Assembly (NCBI RefSeq): GCF_003334255.1
Contig: NZ_QOWU01000012.1
Direction: 5' to 3' (one strand)
DNA from: Escherichia coli
Lineage (GTDB): Bacteria; Pseudomonadota; Gammaproteobacteria; Enterobacterales; Enterobacteriaceae
DNA: 64,000 nt
In this document: piece by piece, positions 11,998 to 22,526 of the stretch
Layout of the letters: every line of letters begins with the position of its first letter
Position numbering within the stretch: the stretch's first letter is position 1
Program-made: the position numbers and the translations under genes
Notes under the pieces: model-generated
Seen by the model: the letters and a program-made list of their open reading frames with translations, nothing else
Database searches by the model: none
Told to the model about the DNA's origin: nothing

Positions 11998-13416
11998 TTA
12001 CGCGTTTTTCAACATCCACTCAATTTCTGTTTCTGTGATGAGGCGCTCAAACTGCAACAGCTCATCATTTTTACAGGCGTGATAGACATGGCAGAAGCGT
12101 TCGCCTAAATAGCGGCGCAGGTGATCATTCTCGATAAACTCACCCAGGGCATCGCTCTGGCGAATCGGAAAGGGTAAGCCTTCCTGTTCCAGCCCGTTGC
12201 CTTCGACTTCTTCCTGCAACGGCAGCTCGTTATCAAGGCCATGCAAAATACCGGCAAAAATCGCTGCCATCACCAGATATGGGTTGGCATCGGCACCCGC
12301 CACGCGATATTCCACGCGGTGATTATGACGGTCGCCGCACGGAATACGCAGGGCGACGGTGCGGTTGTTATGGCCCCACGACGCCTGCGTCGGCACATAC
12401 ATTCCCGGCTGGAAGCGGCGATACGAGTTCACGTTTGGTGCCAGCAACGCCATCGACGACGGCATCAGGTCAATCATCCCGGCGAGCATCTTTTTCAGCA
12501 GCGGCGAATCTTCGCCTTCCGCGTCAGAAAGCACGTTCTCGCCACGATTATTTTGCATACTGATATGGATATGCATTCCGCTGCCCGCGTGCTCTTCATA
12601 CGGCTTCGCCATAAAAGTGGCGTGCATCTTATGCTTTTCTGCCATCAGACGCACCAGGCGTTTTAGTGCCAGCGCATCATCGCAGGCTTCCAGCACGTTA
12701 TCAGTATGGTAAAGGTTGATTTCAAACTGACCCGGCGAGGCCTCAGCGACCGCGCCATCTGCCGGAATCAGCTGTAACTGCGCCAGTTCATCAATATCAT
12801 TGAGCACGTCGGCGAAGTGGTTGAGGTTATCAACGGAGTAAACCTGGCTTTGTGTATTGCGGTCATCGGTGCCAGGCGCGCAGGGCGGTTGCAGATACCC
12901 TTCAGCGTCGCGCTGGCGATCCAGTAAATAGAACTCCAGCTCTACCGCTACGACCGGGAACAATCCGCGCTGGCGCAGCTGCTGCCACAGGCGGTTAAGA
13001 ACGTTCCGCGGCTCAACGTCAAAGGGAGCGCCATCTTCATCGACCATGGTCAGGAGCATCTGACCGATAAACTCTGGATCGGCGGCAGAAGGAGTTAAGG
13101 AACCGAGAACAGGAACACAGGTACGATCCGGCTCGCCCATTTCCTGACCCAGACCTGCTTCTTCTACTACGTTGCCCAGAATATCCATTGCAAATACCGA
13201 GGCCGGGAAATAACACCCTTTCTCGAGCTTCTTCAGGCTTGAAACAGGAATACGCTTTCCACGGAAGCAACCATTTAAATCGGTAAGTAAAACATCAACA
13301 TATTGCGTATTCGGGTAGCGCTCCAGGTAGCGTTTCACTTCCTGCGTAAAGGCGCTACCCCGCCTCTCTTCTGACTGCTGAACAAAGTTCTCTACTTCAA
13401 CGATATTGGTTTCCAT
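11998..13416 (-). CDS. puuA: Gamma-glutamylputrescine synthetase (glutamine synthetase family)
   Basis: ORF track 11998..13494. The internal ATG at 13416 (METNIVEVENFVQQSEERRGSAFTQEVKRYL) gives 472 aa. Recognised as PuuA. Confidence 0.93.
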   Translation of the reverse strand: METNIVEVENFVQQSEERRGSAFTQEVKRYLERYPNTQYVDVLLTDLNGCFRGKRIPVSSLKKLEKGCYFPASVFAMDILGNVVEEAGLGQEMGEPDRTCVPVLGSLTPSAADPEFIGQMLLTMVDEDGAPFDVEPRNVLNRLWQQLRQRGLFPVVAVELEFYLLDRQRDAEGYLQPPCAPGTDDRNTQSQVYSVDNLNHFADVLNDIDELAQLQLIPADGAVAEASPGQFEINLYHTDNVLEACDDALALKRLVRLMAEKHKMHATFMAKPYEEHAGSGMHIHISMQNNRGENVLSDAEGEDSPLLKKMLAGMIDLMPSSMALLAPNVNSYRRFQPGMYVPTQASWGHNNRTVALRIPCGDRHNHRVEYRVAGADANPYLVMAAIFAGILHGLDNELPLQEEVEGNGLEQEGLPFPIRQSDALGEFIENDHLRRYLGERFCHVYHACKNDELLQFERLITETEIEWMLKNA

Positions 13417-13459
13417 GATTCTTCGCCTTTGGTTTGTTTTCCGCTCGTTATCAAAGCGT

Positions 13460-13474
13460 AAAATATAATGACCA
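13460..13474. promoter_or_regulatory. Candidate PuuR operator (AAAATATAATGACCA)
   Basis: 14 of 15 nt are identical to the copy at 13632-13646. It matches the PuuR recognition sequence AAAATATAATGAACA as I recall it from the literature. A weaker copy, AAAAATATTGAACA, lies at 13556-13569. Confidence 0.55.
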
Positions 13475-13627
13475 CCATTCGAATCTGTATGCAAACTAAA
13501 TGTTTGTCAAATATTAAATTGAGTTTGCAAAAATGAAAACCCACTGCTAGATTGAAAAAATATTGAACATAAAGGTCATTTAAAGCGCAGTAATGGCGAT
13601 AATTTAGTCCACTTTGTGAGATTGAGC

Positions 13628-14392
13628 ATGGAAAATATAATGAACAATCCGGTTATCGGTGTCGTAATGTGCAGGAACAGGCTTAAGGGTCATGCGACCC
13701 AGACTCTGCAAGAAAAGTACCTGAATGCCATCATCCATGCAGGCGGCTTGCCTATTGCGCTACCACATGCGCTGGCGGAACCGTCATTACTTGAACAACT
13801 TTTGCCGAAACTCGATGGCATTTATCTTCCTGGTAGTCCCAGCAATGTGCAGCCGCACCTATATGGTGAAAACGGCGATGAGCCTGACGCCGATCCCGGG
13901 CGTGATCTTCTGAGCATGGCGATAATTAATGCCGCACTCGAAAGGCGCATCCCCATTTTCGCCATCTGCCGGGGTTTACAAGAACTGGTGGTGGCAACCG
14001 GTGGTTCGTTGCATCGCAAGCTGTGCGAACAGCCTGAATTGCTGGAACATCGGGAAGATCCCGAACTGCCGGTGGAACAGCAATATGCACCGTCGCATGA
14101 AGTTCAGGTTGAAGAGGGGGGATTACTGTCTGCGTTGTTACCTGAATGTAGCAACTTTTGGGTAAACTCTCTACATGGACAAGGGGCGAAGGTCGTTAGC
14201 CCACGGTTGCGTGTTGAAGCTCGCTCGCCGGATGGCTTAGTTGAGGCGGTTAGCGTCATCAATCATCCTTTTGCGCTGGGCGTACAGTGGCACCCGGAAT
14301 GGAACAGTAGCGAGTACGCGCTTTCGCGTATATTGTTCGAGGGCTTTATCACCGCTTGTCAGCACCATATCGCTGAAAAACAGCGACTCTGA
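13628..14392 (+). CDS. puuD: Gamma-glutamyl-gamma-aminobutyrate hydrolase (class I glutamine amidotransferase-like)
   Basis: ORF track 13616..14392. The ATG at 13628 (MENIMNNPVIGVVMCRNRLKGH) gives 254 aa, and a nucleophile-Cys context FAICRGLQ is present. Confidence 0.92.
   Translation: MENIMNNPVIGVVMCRNRLKGHATQTLQEKYLNAIIHAGGLPIALPHALAEPSLLEQLLPKLDGIYLPGSPSNVQPHLYGENGDEPDADPGRDLLSMAIINAALERRIPIFAICRGLQELVVATGGSLHRKLCEQPELLEHREDPELPVEQQYAPSHEVQVEEGGLLSALLPECSNFWVNSLHGQGAKVVSPRLRVEARSPDGLVEAVSVINHPFALGVQWHPEWNSSEYALSRILFEGFITACQHHIAEKQRL
13632..13646. promoter_or_regulatory. Candidate PuuR operator (AAAATATAATGAACA) overlapping the first codons of puuD
   Basis: Exact match to the recalled 15-nt PuuR site, and a near-identical repeat of 13460-13474 at the other end of the divergent puuA/puuD region. 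Confidence 0.55.
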
Positions 14393-14418
14393 CCACTACA
14401 GTTTAAGGAAATGCAAAT

Positions 14419-14976
14419 ATGAGTGATGAGGGACTGGCGCCAGGAAAACGCTTGTCGGAAATCCGCCAGCAGCAGGGGCTTTCACAACGTCGTGCCGCCG
14501 AACTCTCCGGGCTGACTCACAGTGCTATCAGTACGATAGAACAAGATAAAGTCAGCCCTGCCATCAGTACGCTGCAAAAGCTGCTGAAGGTGTATGGTCT
14601 GTCACTCTCGGAATTCTTTTCCGAGCCGGAAAAACCTGATGAGCCGCAGGTCGTCATTAATCAGGACGACTTAATTGAGATGGGTAGTCAGGGTGTGTCA
14701 ATGAAGCTGGTTCATAACGGTAACCCGAATCGCACGCTGGCGATGATCTTTGAAACGTACCAGCCGGGCACAACCACTGGGGAAAGAATTAAGCATCAGG
14801 GTGAGGAAATAGGCACTGTACTGGAAGGTGAAATTGTTCTGACGATTAATGGTCAGGATTACCACCTCGTCGCGGGGCAAAGTTATGCCATTAATACCGG
14901 CATCCCGCACAGTTTCAGTAATACGTCGGCAGGTATTTGCCGAATTATCAGCGCCCATACGCCCACCACGTTTTAA
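14419..14976 (+). CDS. puuR: Putrescine-utilisation repressor (XRE HTH + cupin)
   Basis: 185-aa ORF with the HTH region LSEIRQQQGLSQRRAAELSGLTHSAISTIEQDK. Recognised as PuuR. Confidence 0.94.
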   Translation: MSDEGLAPGKRLSEIRQQQGLSQRRAAELSGLTHSAISTIEQDKVSPAISTLQKLLKVYGLSLSEFFSEPEKPDEPQVVINQDDLIEMGSQGVSMKLVHNGNPNRTLAMIFETYQPGTTTGERIKHQGEEIGTVLEGEIVLTINGQDYHLVAGQSYAINTGIPHSFSNTSAGICRIISAHTPTTF

Positions 14977-14992
14977 TCTTTTTGTTCTGTAA

Positions 14993-15017
14993 GCCGGGTA
15001 AGCGCAATGCGCCCGGC
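14993..15017. repeat. REP-like palindrome (GCCGGGTAAGCGCAATGCGCCCGGC)
   Basis: GCCGGG...CCCGGC inverted repeat read directly, just after the puuR stop. Confidence 0.6.
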
Positions 15018-15034
15018 AATCTATACACAAAATC

Positions 15035-15150
15035 ATTCAAGTTGCATCAAGGCGGCAAGTGAGCGAATCCCGATGAGCTTACTCAGGTAAGTGATTCGGG
15101 GGAGCGAACGCAGCCAAGGCAGAGGCGGCTTGAAGGATGAAGTGTATATA
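15035..15150. repeat. ERIC (IRU) element
   Basis: GCGAATCCCGATGAGCTTAC and GGTAAGTGATTCGGGGGAGCGAACG match the ERIC1R-complement and ERIC2 primer regions (GTGAATCCCCAGGAGCTTACAT / AAGTAAGTGACTGGGGTGAGCG). The element has a long imperfect palindrome. Confidence 0.8.
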
Positions 15151-15250
15151 AAGAATGTCGCCAGAAATAAACGGGCATACGGCCCGGGGATCTCTGCGCC
15201 CTGACGTTCACAAACTGCATATATCTGATAGACGTGAAACAGGAGTCATA

Positions 15251-16738
15251 ATGAATTTTCATCATCTGGCTTACTGGCAGGATAAAGCGTTAAGTCTCGC
15301 CATTGAAAACCGCTTATTTATTAACGGTGAATATACTGCTGCGGCGGAAAATGAAACCTTTGAAACCGTTGATCCGGTCACCCAGGCACCGCTGGCGAAA
15401 ATTGCCCGCGGCAAGAGCGTCGATATCGACCGTGCGATGAGCGCAGCACGCGGCGTATTTGAACGCGGCGACTGGTCACTCTCTTCTCCGGCTAAACGTA
15501 AAGCGGTACTGAATAAACTCGCCGATTTAATGGAAGCCCACGCCGAAGAGCTGGCACTGCTGGAAACTCTCGACACCGGCAAACCGATTCGTCACAGTCT
15601 GCGTGATGATATTCCCGGCGCGGCGCGCGCCATTCGCTGGTACGCCGAAGCGATCGACAAAGTGTATGGCGAAGTGGCGACCACCAGTAGCCATGAGCTG
15701 GCGATGATCGTGCGTGAACCGGTCGGCGTGATTGCCGCCATCGTGCCGTGGAACTTCCCGCTGTTGCTGACTTGCTGGAAACTCGGCCCGGCGCTGGCGG
15801 CGGGAAACAGCGTGATTCTAAAACCGTCTGAAAAATCACCGCTCAGTGCGATTCGTCTCGCGGGGCTGGCGAAAGAAGCAGGCTTGCCGGATGGTGTGTT
15901 GAACGTGGTGACGGGTTTTGGTCATGAAGCCGGGCAGGCGCTGTCGCGTCATAACGATATCGACGCCATTGCCTTTACCGGTTCAACCCGTACCGGGAAA
16001 CAGCTGCTGAAAGATGCGGGCGACAGCAACATGAAACGCGTCTGGCTGGAAGCGGGCGGCAAAAGCGCCAACATCGTTTTCGCTGACTGCCCGGATTTGC
16101 AACAGGCGGCAAGCGCCACCGCAGCAGGCATTTTCTACAACCAGGGACAGGTGTGCATCGCCGGAACGCGCCTGTTGCTGGAAGAGAGCATCGCCGATGA
16201 ATTCTTAGCCCTGTTAAAACAGCAGGCGCAAAACTGGCAGCCGGGCCATCCACTTGATCCCGCAACCACCATGGGCACCTTAATCGACTGCGCCCACGCC
16301 GACTCGGTCCATAGCTTTATTCGGGAAGGCGAAAGCAAAGGGCAACTGTTGTTGGATGGCCGTAACGCCGGGCTGGCTGCCGCCATCGGCCCGACCATCT
16401 TTGTGGATGTGGACCCGAATGCGTCCTTAAGTCGCGAAGAGATTTTCGGTCCGGTGCTGGTGGTCACGCGTTTCACATCAGAAGAACAGGCGCTACAGCT
16501 TGCCAACGACAGCCAGTACGGCCTTGGCGCGGCGGTATGGACGCGCGACCTCTCCCGCGCGCACCGCATGAGCCGACGCCTGAAAGCCGGTTCCGTCTTC
16601 GTCAATAACTACAACGACGGCGATATGACCGTGCCGTTTGGCGGCTATAAGCAGAGCGGCAACGGTCGCGACAAATCCCTGCATGCCCTTGAAAAATTCA
16701 CTGAACTGAAAACCATCTGGATAAGCCTGGAGGCCTGA
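15251..16738 (+). CDS. puuC: Gamma-glutamyl-gamma-aminobutyraldehyde dehydrogenase (NAD(P)-dependent aldehyde dehydrogenase)
   Basis: ORF track 15155..16738. The ATG at 15251 (MNFHHLAYWQDKALSLAIENRLFING) is preceded by AGGAG and gives 495 aa. The upstream extension lies in the ERIC element. Confidence 0.93.
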   Translation: MNFHHLAYWQDKALSLAIENRLFINGEYTAAAENETFETVDPVTQAPLAKIARGKSVDIDRAMSAARGVFERGDWSLSSPAKRKAVLNKLADLMEAHAEELALLETLDTGKPIRHSLRDDIPGAARAIRWYAEAIDKVYGEVATTSSHELAMIVREPVGVIAAIVPWNFPLLLTCWKLGPALAAGNSVILKPSEKSPLSAIRLAGLAKEAGLPDGVLNVVTGFGHEAGQALSRHNDIDAIAFTGSTRTGKQLLKDAGDSNMKRVWLEAGGKSANIVFADCPDLQQAASATAAGIFYNQGQVCIAGTRLLLEESIADEFLALLKQQAQNWQPGHPLDPATTMGTLIDCAHADSVHSFIREGESKGQLLLDGRNAGLAAAIGPTIFVDVDPNASLSREEIFGPVLVVTRFTSEEQALQLANDSQYGLGAAVWTRDLSRAHRMSRRLKAGSVFVNNYNDGDMTVPFGGYKQSGNGRDKSLHALEKFTELKTIWISLEA

Positions 16739-16739
16739 A

Positions 16740-18020
16740 ATGACCGAACATACCAGCAGTTACTACGCCGCCAGTGCGAATAAATATGCACCATTCGACA
16801 CGCTGAATGAGTCAATCACCTGCGACGTTTGCGTGGTTGGCGGCGGCTATACCGGGCTCTCCTCCGCGCTGCATCTGGCGGAAGCGGGCTTTGACGTAGT
16901 GGTTCTCGAAGCCTCACGCATCGGCTTTGGCGCAAGCGGGCGCAATGGCGGACAGCTTGTGAACTCCTACAGCCGCGACATCGACGTGATCGAAAAAAGC
17001 TACGGCATGGACACCGCCCGTATGCTCGGCAGCATGATGTTCGAAGGTGGTGAGATCATCCGCGAACGTATCAAACGTTATCAGATTGACTGCGACTACC
17101 GCCCCGGCGGCCTGTTTGTGGCGATGAATGATAAACAGCTCGCCACACTTGAAGAGCAGAAAGAGAACTGGGAACGCTACGGCAATAAACAGCTGGAATT
17201 GCTGGACGCCAACGCCATTCGCCGTGAAGTAGCCAGCGATCGCTATACCGGTGCGCTGCTGGATCACAGCGGTGGGCATATTCATCCGCTAAACCTTGCC
17301 ATTGGCGAAGCGGACGCCATCCGCCTCAACGGCGGGCGCGTGTATGAACTTTCTGCCGTGACGCAGATCCAGCACACCACGCCAGCCGTTGTGCGAACTG
17401 CCAAAGGTCAGGTGACGGCGAAGTATGTGATTGTCGCCGGGAATGCGTATCTGGGCGATAAAGTAGAGCCGGAACTGGCGAAACGCAGCATGCCGTGCGG
17501 CACGCAGGTGATCACCACCGAACGGCTGTCGGAAGATTTAGCCCGTTCGCTGATCCCGAAAAACTACTGTGTGGAAGACTGTAACTATCTGCTTGATTAC
17601 TACCGTCTTACCGCCGACAACCGCCTGCTGTACGGCGGCGGCGTGGTCTACGGCGCGCGCGACCCGGATGACGTTGAGCGCCTTGTGGTGCCGAAACTGC
17701 TGAAAACCTTCCCGCAGCTGAAGGGCGTGAAAATTGATTACCGCTGGACGGGCAACTTCCTGCTGACCCTGTCGCGTATGCCGCAGTTTGGTCGCCTCGA
17801 TACCAACATCTATTACATGCAGGGCTACAGCGGCCACGGCGTGACCTGTACTCATCTAGCCGGACGTTTGATTGCCGAACTGCTGCGCGGCGACGCCGAA
17901 CGTTTCGATGCCTTCGCCAATCTGCCGCATTACCCGTTCCCCGGCGGGCGCACGCTGCGTGTGCCGTTTACCGCGATGGGCGCGGCGTATTACAGCCTGC
18001 GCGATCGTCTGGGCGTTTAA
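16740..18020 (+). CDS. puuB: Gamma-glutamylputrescine oxidase (FAD)
   Basis: 426-aa ORF with the dinucleotide-binding motif VCVVGGGYTGLSSA. Recognised as PuuB. Confidence 0.94.
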   Translation: MTEHTSSYYAASANKYAPFDTLNESITCDVCVVGGGYTGLSSALHLAEAGFDVVVLEASRIGFGASGRNGGQLVNSYSRDIDVIEKSYGMDTARMLGSMMFEGGEIIRERIKRYQIDCDYRPGGLFVAMNDKQLATLEEQKENWERYGNKQLELLDANAIRREVASDRYTGALLDHSGGHIHPLNLAIGEADAIRLNGGRVYELSAVTQIQHTTPAVVRTAKGQVTAKYVIVAGNAYLGDKVEPELAKRSMPCGTQVITTERLSEDLARSLIPKNYCVEDCNYLLDYYRLTADNRLLYGGGVVYGARDPDDVERLVVPKLLKTFPQLKGVKIDYRWTGNFLLTLSRMPQFGRLDTNIYYMQGYSGHGVTCTHLAGRLIAELLRGDAERFDAFANLPHYPFPGGRTLRVPFTAMGAAYYSLRDRLGV

Positions 18021-18057
18021 TTTCCGATTAACCGTGAAGAGTTAAAAGGTGTGAAAC

Positions 18058-19323
18058 ATGAGCAACAATGAATTCCATCAGCGTCGTCTTTCTGCCACTC
18101 CGCGCGGGGTTGGCGTGATGTGTAACTTCTTCGCCCAGTCGGCTGAAAACGCCACGCTGAAGGATGTTGAGGGCAACGAGTACATCGATTTCGCCGCAGG
18201 CATTGCGGTGCTGAATACCGGACATCGCCACCCTGATCTGGTCGCGGCGGTGGAGCAGCAACTGCAACAGTTTACCCACACCGCGTATCAGATTGTGCCG
18301 TATGAAAGCTACGTCACCCTGGCGGAGAAAATCAACGCCCTTGCCCCGGTGAGCGGGCAGGCCAAAACCGCGTTCTTCACCACCGGTGCGGAAGCGGTGG
18401 AAAACGCGGTGAAAATTGCTCGCGCCCATACCGGACGCCCTGGCGTGATTGCGTTTAGCGGCGGCTTTCACGGTCGTACGTATATGACCATGGCGCTGAC
18501 CGGAAAAGTTGCGCCGTACAAAATCGGCTTCGGCCCGTTCCCTGGTTCGGTGTATCACGTACCTTATCCGTCAGATTTACACGGCATTTCAACACAGGAC
18601 TCCCTCGACGCCATCGAACGCTTGTTTAAATCAGACATCGAAGCGAAGCAGGTGGCGGCGATTATTTTCGAACCGGTGCAGGGCGAGGGCGGTTTCAACG
18701 TTGCGCCAAAAGAGCTGGTTGCCGCTATTCGCCGCCTGTGCGACGAGCACGGTATTGTGATGATTGCTGATGAAGTGCAAAGCGGCTTTGCGCGTACCGG
18801 TAAGCTGTTTGCCATGGATCATTACGCCGATAAGCCGGATTTAATGACGATGGCGAAAAGCCTCGCGGGCGGGATGCCGCTTTCGGGCGTGGTCGGTAAC
18901 GCGAATATTATGGACGCACCCGCGCCGGGCGGGCTTGGCGGCACCTACGCCGGTAACCCGCTGGCGGTGGCTGCCGCGCACGCGGTGCTCAACATTATCG
19001 ACAAAGAATCACTCTGCGAACGCGCGAATCAACTGGGACAGCGTCTGACAAACACGCTGATTGATGCCAAAGAAAGCGTTCCGGCCATCGCGGCGGTACG
19101 CGGTCTGGGGTCTATGATTGCGGCAGAGTTTAACGATCCGCAAACGGGCGAGCCGTCAGCGGCGATTGCACAGAAAATCCAGCAACGCGCGCTGGCGCAG
19201 GGGCTGCTCCTGCTGACCTGTGGCGCATACGGCAACGTGATTCGCTTCCTGTATCCGCTGACCATCCCGGATGCGCAATTCGATGCGGCAATGAAAATTT
19301 TGCAGGATGCGCTGAGCGATTAA
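18058..19323 (+). CDS. puuE: 4-aminobutyrate aminotransferase (PLP, class III)
   Basis: 421-aa ORF starting MSNNEFHQRRLSATPRGVGVMCNFFAQSAENATLKDVEGNEYIDFAAGIAVLNTGH, recognised as PuuE. Confidence 0.94.
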   Translation: MSNNEFHQRRLSATPRGVGVMCNFFAQSAENATLKDVEGNEYIDFAAGIAVLNTGHRHPDLVAAVEQQLQQFTHTAYQIVPYESYVTLAEKINALAPVSGQAKTAFFTTGAEAVENAVKIARAHTGRPGVIAFSGGFHGRTYMTMALTGKVAPYKIGFGPFPGSVYHVPYPSDLHGISTQDSLDAIERLFKSDIEAKQVAAIIFEPVQGEGGFNVAPKELVAAIRRLCDEHGIVMIADEVQSGFARTGKLFAMDHYADKPDLMTMAKSLAGGMPLSGVVGNANIMDAPAPGGLGGTYAGNPLAVAAAHAVLNIIDKESLCERANQLGQRLTNTLIDAKESVPAIAAVRGLGSMIAAEFNDPQTGEPSAAIAQKIQQRALAQGLLLLTCGAYGNVIRFLYPLTIPDAQFDAAMKILQDALSD

Positions 19324-19340
19324 TAGCCCAACGCAATAAT

Positions 19341-19422
19341 GTCTGATGCGCTGCGCTTATCAGGCCTGCAAACGACGTATTGATTATGTATGCCGAATAA
19401 AGCATTCACGCCGCATCCGGCA
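19341..19422. repeat. BIME: two REP elements between the convergent genes puuE and pspF
   Basis: GTCTGATGCGCTGCGCTTATCAGGCCTGCA and TGCCGAATAAAGCATTCACGCCGCATCCGGCA are typical REP sequences in opposite orientation. Confidence 0.8.
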
Positions 19423-19442
19423 AGTTGTATTGCTCAACTTCG

Positions 19443-20420
19443 CTAAATCTGGTGCTTTTTCAACAACGCGCGGAACTGATGATAAGTTAACCCCAGTAAT
19501 TCAGCCGCGCGCTTCTGGTTATATTTCCCTTGTTGCAAACTGAGTTGCAGCAACTCTTTTTCCTGCTGCATCTGAAACTCACGTAAATCCAGCGGCAGTG
19601 TTGGAAGCGAGGTGGTTTCTGAAACGGCGATAGCGTCTTCAGGCGGACGCCGTTTAAAGGGATCAATAATGATGTCATCAAGCGGATAATCGCTGGTGCC
19701 GTGGCGATACACTGAACGTTCCACCACGTTTTTCAATTCACGAATATTTCCCGGCCAACGATAATTCAGCAATGTTTCTCTGGCGCGCTCCGTAAACCCC
19801 GGGAACAGAGGCAGCTTGATTTCCCGACACATCTGGATGGCAAAGTGTTCTGCCATCAACATTATGTCGCTTTCGCGCTCGCGCAGTGGTGGCAGTTGTA
19901 CAACATCAAAAGCCAGTCGGTCGAGCAGGTCAGCGCGAAAAGTGCCTTCATTGACCATCGCCGGGAGATCGGCATTCGTCGCGCATACCAACCGCACATT
20001 CACCTGCAATGGCTGGCTGCCGCCAACGCGCTCCAGTTCACCGTACTCAATCACGCGCAATAATTTCTCCTGCACCATCATCGGTGCCGTAGCGAGTTCA
20101 TCAAGAAATAGCGTACCGCCGTCGGCACGTTCAAATCTCCCTGGATGACGTTTTTGCGCACCGGTAAACGCCCCCGCTTCGTGACCAAACAGTTCGGAAT
20201 CCAGCAGATTTTCATTTAACGCCGCGCAGTTAAGGGAAATAAACGGCCCTTGCCAACGGGAGGAGAGATAATGCAGGCGGCTGGCAATCAGCTCTTTACC
20301 GGTGCCGCGTTCGCCGATGATGAGCACCGGTTTGTCCAGCGGTGCGAGATGCGAAACCTGTTCCAGCACTTCGAGAAAGCTGTTCGCCTCACCAAGTAAA
20401 TTATCTTTGTATTCTGCCAT
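19443..20420 (-). CDS. pspF: Sigma-54-dependent activator of the psp operon
   Basis: ORF track 19443..20435. The ATG at 20420 (MAEYKDNLLGEANSF) gives 325 aa. Walker A GERGTGKE and the GAFTGA loop are present. Confidence 0.94.
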   Translation of the reverse strand: MAEYKDNLLGEANSFLEVLEQVSHLAPLDKPVLIIGERGTGKELIASRLHYLSSRWQGPFISLNCAALNENLLDSELFGHEAGAFTGAQKRHPGRFERADGGTLFLDELATAPMMVQEKLLRVIEYGELERVGGSQPLQVNVRLVCATNADLPAMVNEGTFRADLLDRLAFDVVQLPPLRERESDIMLMAEHFAIQMCREIKLPLFPGFTERARETLLNYRWPGNIRELKNVVERSVYRHGTSDYPLDDIIIDPFKRRPPEDAIAVSETTSLPTLPLDLREFQMQQEKELLQLSLQQGKYNQKRAAELLGLTYHQFRALLKKHQI

Positions 20421-20514
20421 GATGAAATTCGCCACTTGTTAGTGTAATTCGCTAATTCATCCTGGCATGTTGCTGATGATTCTTCAATCAGATCTTTATA
20501 AATCAAAAAGATAA

Positions 20515-21255
<741 letters not shown>

Positions 21256-21308
21256 TAACATCCAGGCGGCGTCCGAACGCGCCGCCGCTCATCGTCTAAG
21301 GAGTACTT

Positions 21309-21533
21309 ATGAGCGCGCTATTTCTGGCTATTCCGTTAACCATTTTTGTGCTGTTTGTTTTACCGATCTGGTTATGGCTGCATTACAGCAATCGTTCTGG
21401 TCGCAGTGAATTGTCGCAAAGTGAGCAGCAGCGATTAGCGCAACTGGCTGATGAAGCAAAACGGATGCGCGAACGTATTCAGGCGCTGGAATCTATTCTT
21501 GATGCAGAACATCCGAACTGGAGGGATCGCTAA
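21309..21533 (+). CDS. pspB: Phage shock protein B
   Basis: 74-aa ORF with one N-terminal TM segment. Recognised as PspB. Confidence 0.95.
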   Translation: MSALFLAIPLTIFVLFVLPIWLWLHYSNRSGRSELSQSEQQRLAQLADEAKRMRERIQALESILDAEHPNWRDR

Positions 21534-21892
21534 TGGCGGGCATTAATCTCAATAAAAAATTATGGCGTATTCCACAGCAGGGCATGGTCCGCGGCGTCTG
21601 CGCCGGGATTGCCAACTATTTTGATGTACCGGTAAAACTGGTGCGTATCCTGGTGGTGCTGTCGATTTTCTTCGGTCTGGCGCTGTTTACCCTGGTTGCT
21701 TACATCATTTTGTCATTTGCGCTTGATCCAATGCCGGACAACATGGCCTTTGGTGAGCAGCTACCTTCCAGCAGCGAATTGCTGGATGAAGTCGACCGTG
21801 AACTGGCGGCAAGTGAAACGCGTTTACGCGAGATGGAACGTTATGTCACTTCCGATACTTTCACGTTACGTAGCCGTTTCCGTCAACTGTGA
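21533..21892 (+). CDS. pspC: Phage shock protein C
   Basis: 119-aa ORF whose start shares 1 nt with the pspB stop. Recognised as PspC. Confidence 0.95.
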
Positions 21893-21900
21893 GGAAAGTT

Positions 21901-22122
21901 ATGAATACTCGCTGGCAACAGGCCGGGCAAAAGGTAAAGCCTGGTTTCAAATTAGCAGGCAAGCTGGTACTTCTTACCGCACTGCGCTATGGCCCGGCGG
22001 GTGTGGCGGGCTGGGCGATAAAATCAGTTGCTCGCCGACCGCTGAAAATGTTGCTGGCTGTGGCGCTGGAACCGCTGTTAAGTCGGGCTGCTAATAAACT
22101 GGCACAGCGTTATAAAAGGTGA
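21901..22122 (+). CDS. pspD: Phage shock protein D
   Basis: ORF track 21889..22122. The ATG at 21901 ([17 protein letters not shown]) gives 73 aa. Confidence 0.9.
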
Positions 22123-22196
22123 GGGGAGTTTCGCAAAAATTGTTAAATCTCAGGCGTATAATGGATGGCAATTTTCATCCATAGAAGGACGCTTAC

Positions 22197-22511
22197 ATGT
22201 TTAAAAAAGGCTTACTTGCTCTGGCACTGGTGTTTTCACTGCCCGTTTTCGCCGCTGAACACTGGATCGATGTTCGTGTTCCAGAGCAGTATCAGCAAGA
22301 GCACGTTCAGGGGGCCATCAATATTCCCCTGAAGGAAGTGAAAGAGCGCATTGCCACCGCCGTTCCGGATAAAAACGACACCGTGAAAGTGTATTGCAAT
22401 GCCGGACGCCAGTCAGGGCAAGCAAAAGAGATCCTTAGCGAGATGGGATATACCCACGTTGAGAACGCCGGTGGCCTGAAAGACATCGCAATGCCGAAGG
22501 TCAAAGGTTAA
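22197..22511 (+). CDS. pspE: Periplasmic thiosulfate sulfurtransferase (rhodanese)
   Basis: 104-aa ORF with signal peptide MFKKGLLALALVFSLPVFA and the rhodanese active-site loop CNAGRQS. Confidence 0.95.
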   Translation: MFKKGLLALALVFSLPVFAAEHWIDVRVPEQYQQEHVQGAINIPLKEVKERIATAVPDKNDTVKVYCNAGRQSGQAKEILSEMGYTHVENAGGLKDIAMPKVKG

Positions 22512-22526
22512 AAGAATTCACCATGA

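Noticed and set aside
15155-15250. N-terminal extension of puuC in the ORF track (and similar extensions of yciW, puuP, puuA, pspF, ycjM, tyrR, ycjG, mpaA, mppA, uspE, fnr, dgcM and ttcA)
   Set aside because: The extensions lie in intergenic or repeat DNA and lack SD sequences. Internal ATGs have good SDs and reproduce the protein lengths I remember for the K-12 orthologues.
18028-18558. 176-codon minus-strand ORF spanning the puuB/puuE junction
   Set aside because: It is antisense to the puuE 5' region, its sequence is Arg/His-rich, and it has no RBS. The sense genes are unambiguous.
19341-19422. Clustered palindromic repeats here and at 35376-35450 and 62244-62313, considered as possible CRISPR arrays
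   Set aside because: They are single or paired REP/BIME units with the canonical GCCGGATGCG...CTTATCCGGC sequence. They are not regularly spaced direct repeats with unique spacers, and no CRISPR array is present in the window.
20461-20478. Second sigma-54-like string CTGGCATGTTGCTGATG upstream of the pspA promoter
   Set aside because: The spacing between GG and GC is too short (8 rather than 10 nt), so it is not a functional -24/-12 element. It lies in the known PspF/IHF-binding upstream region.
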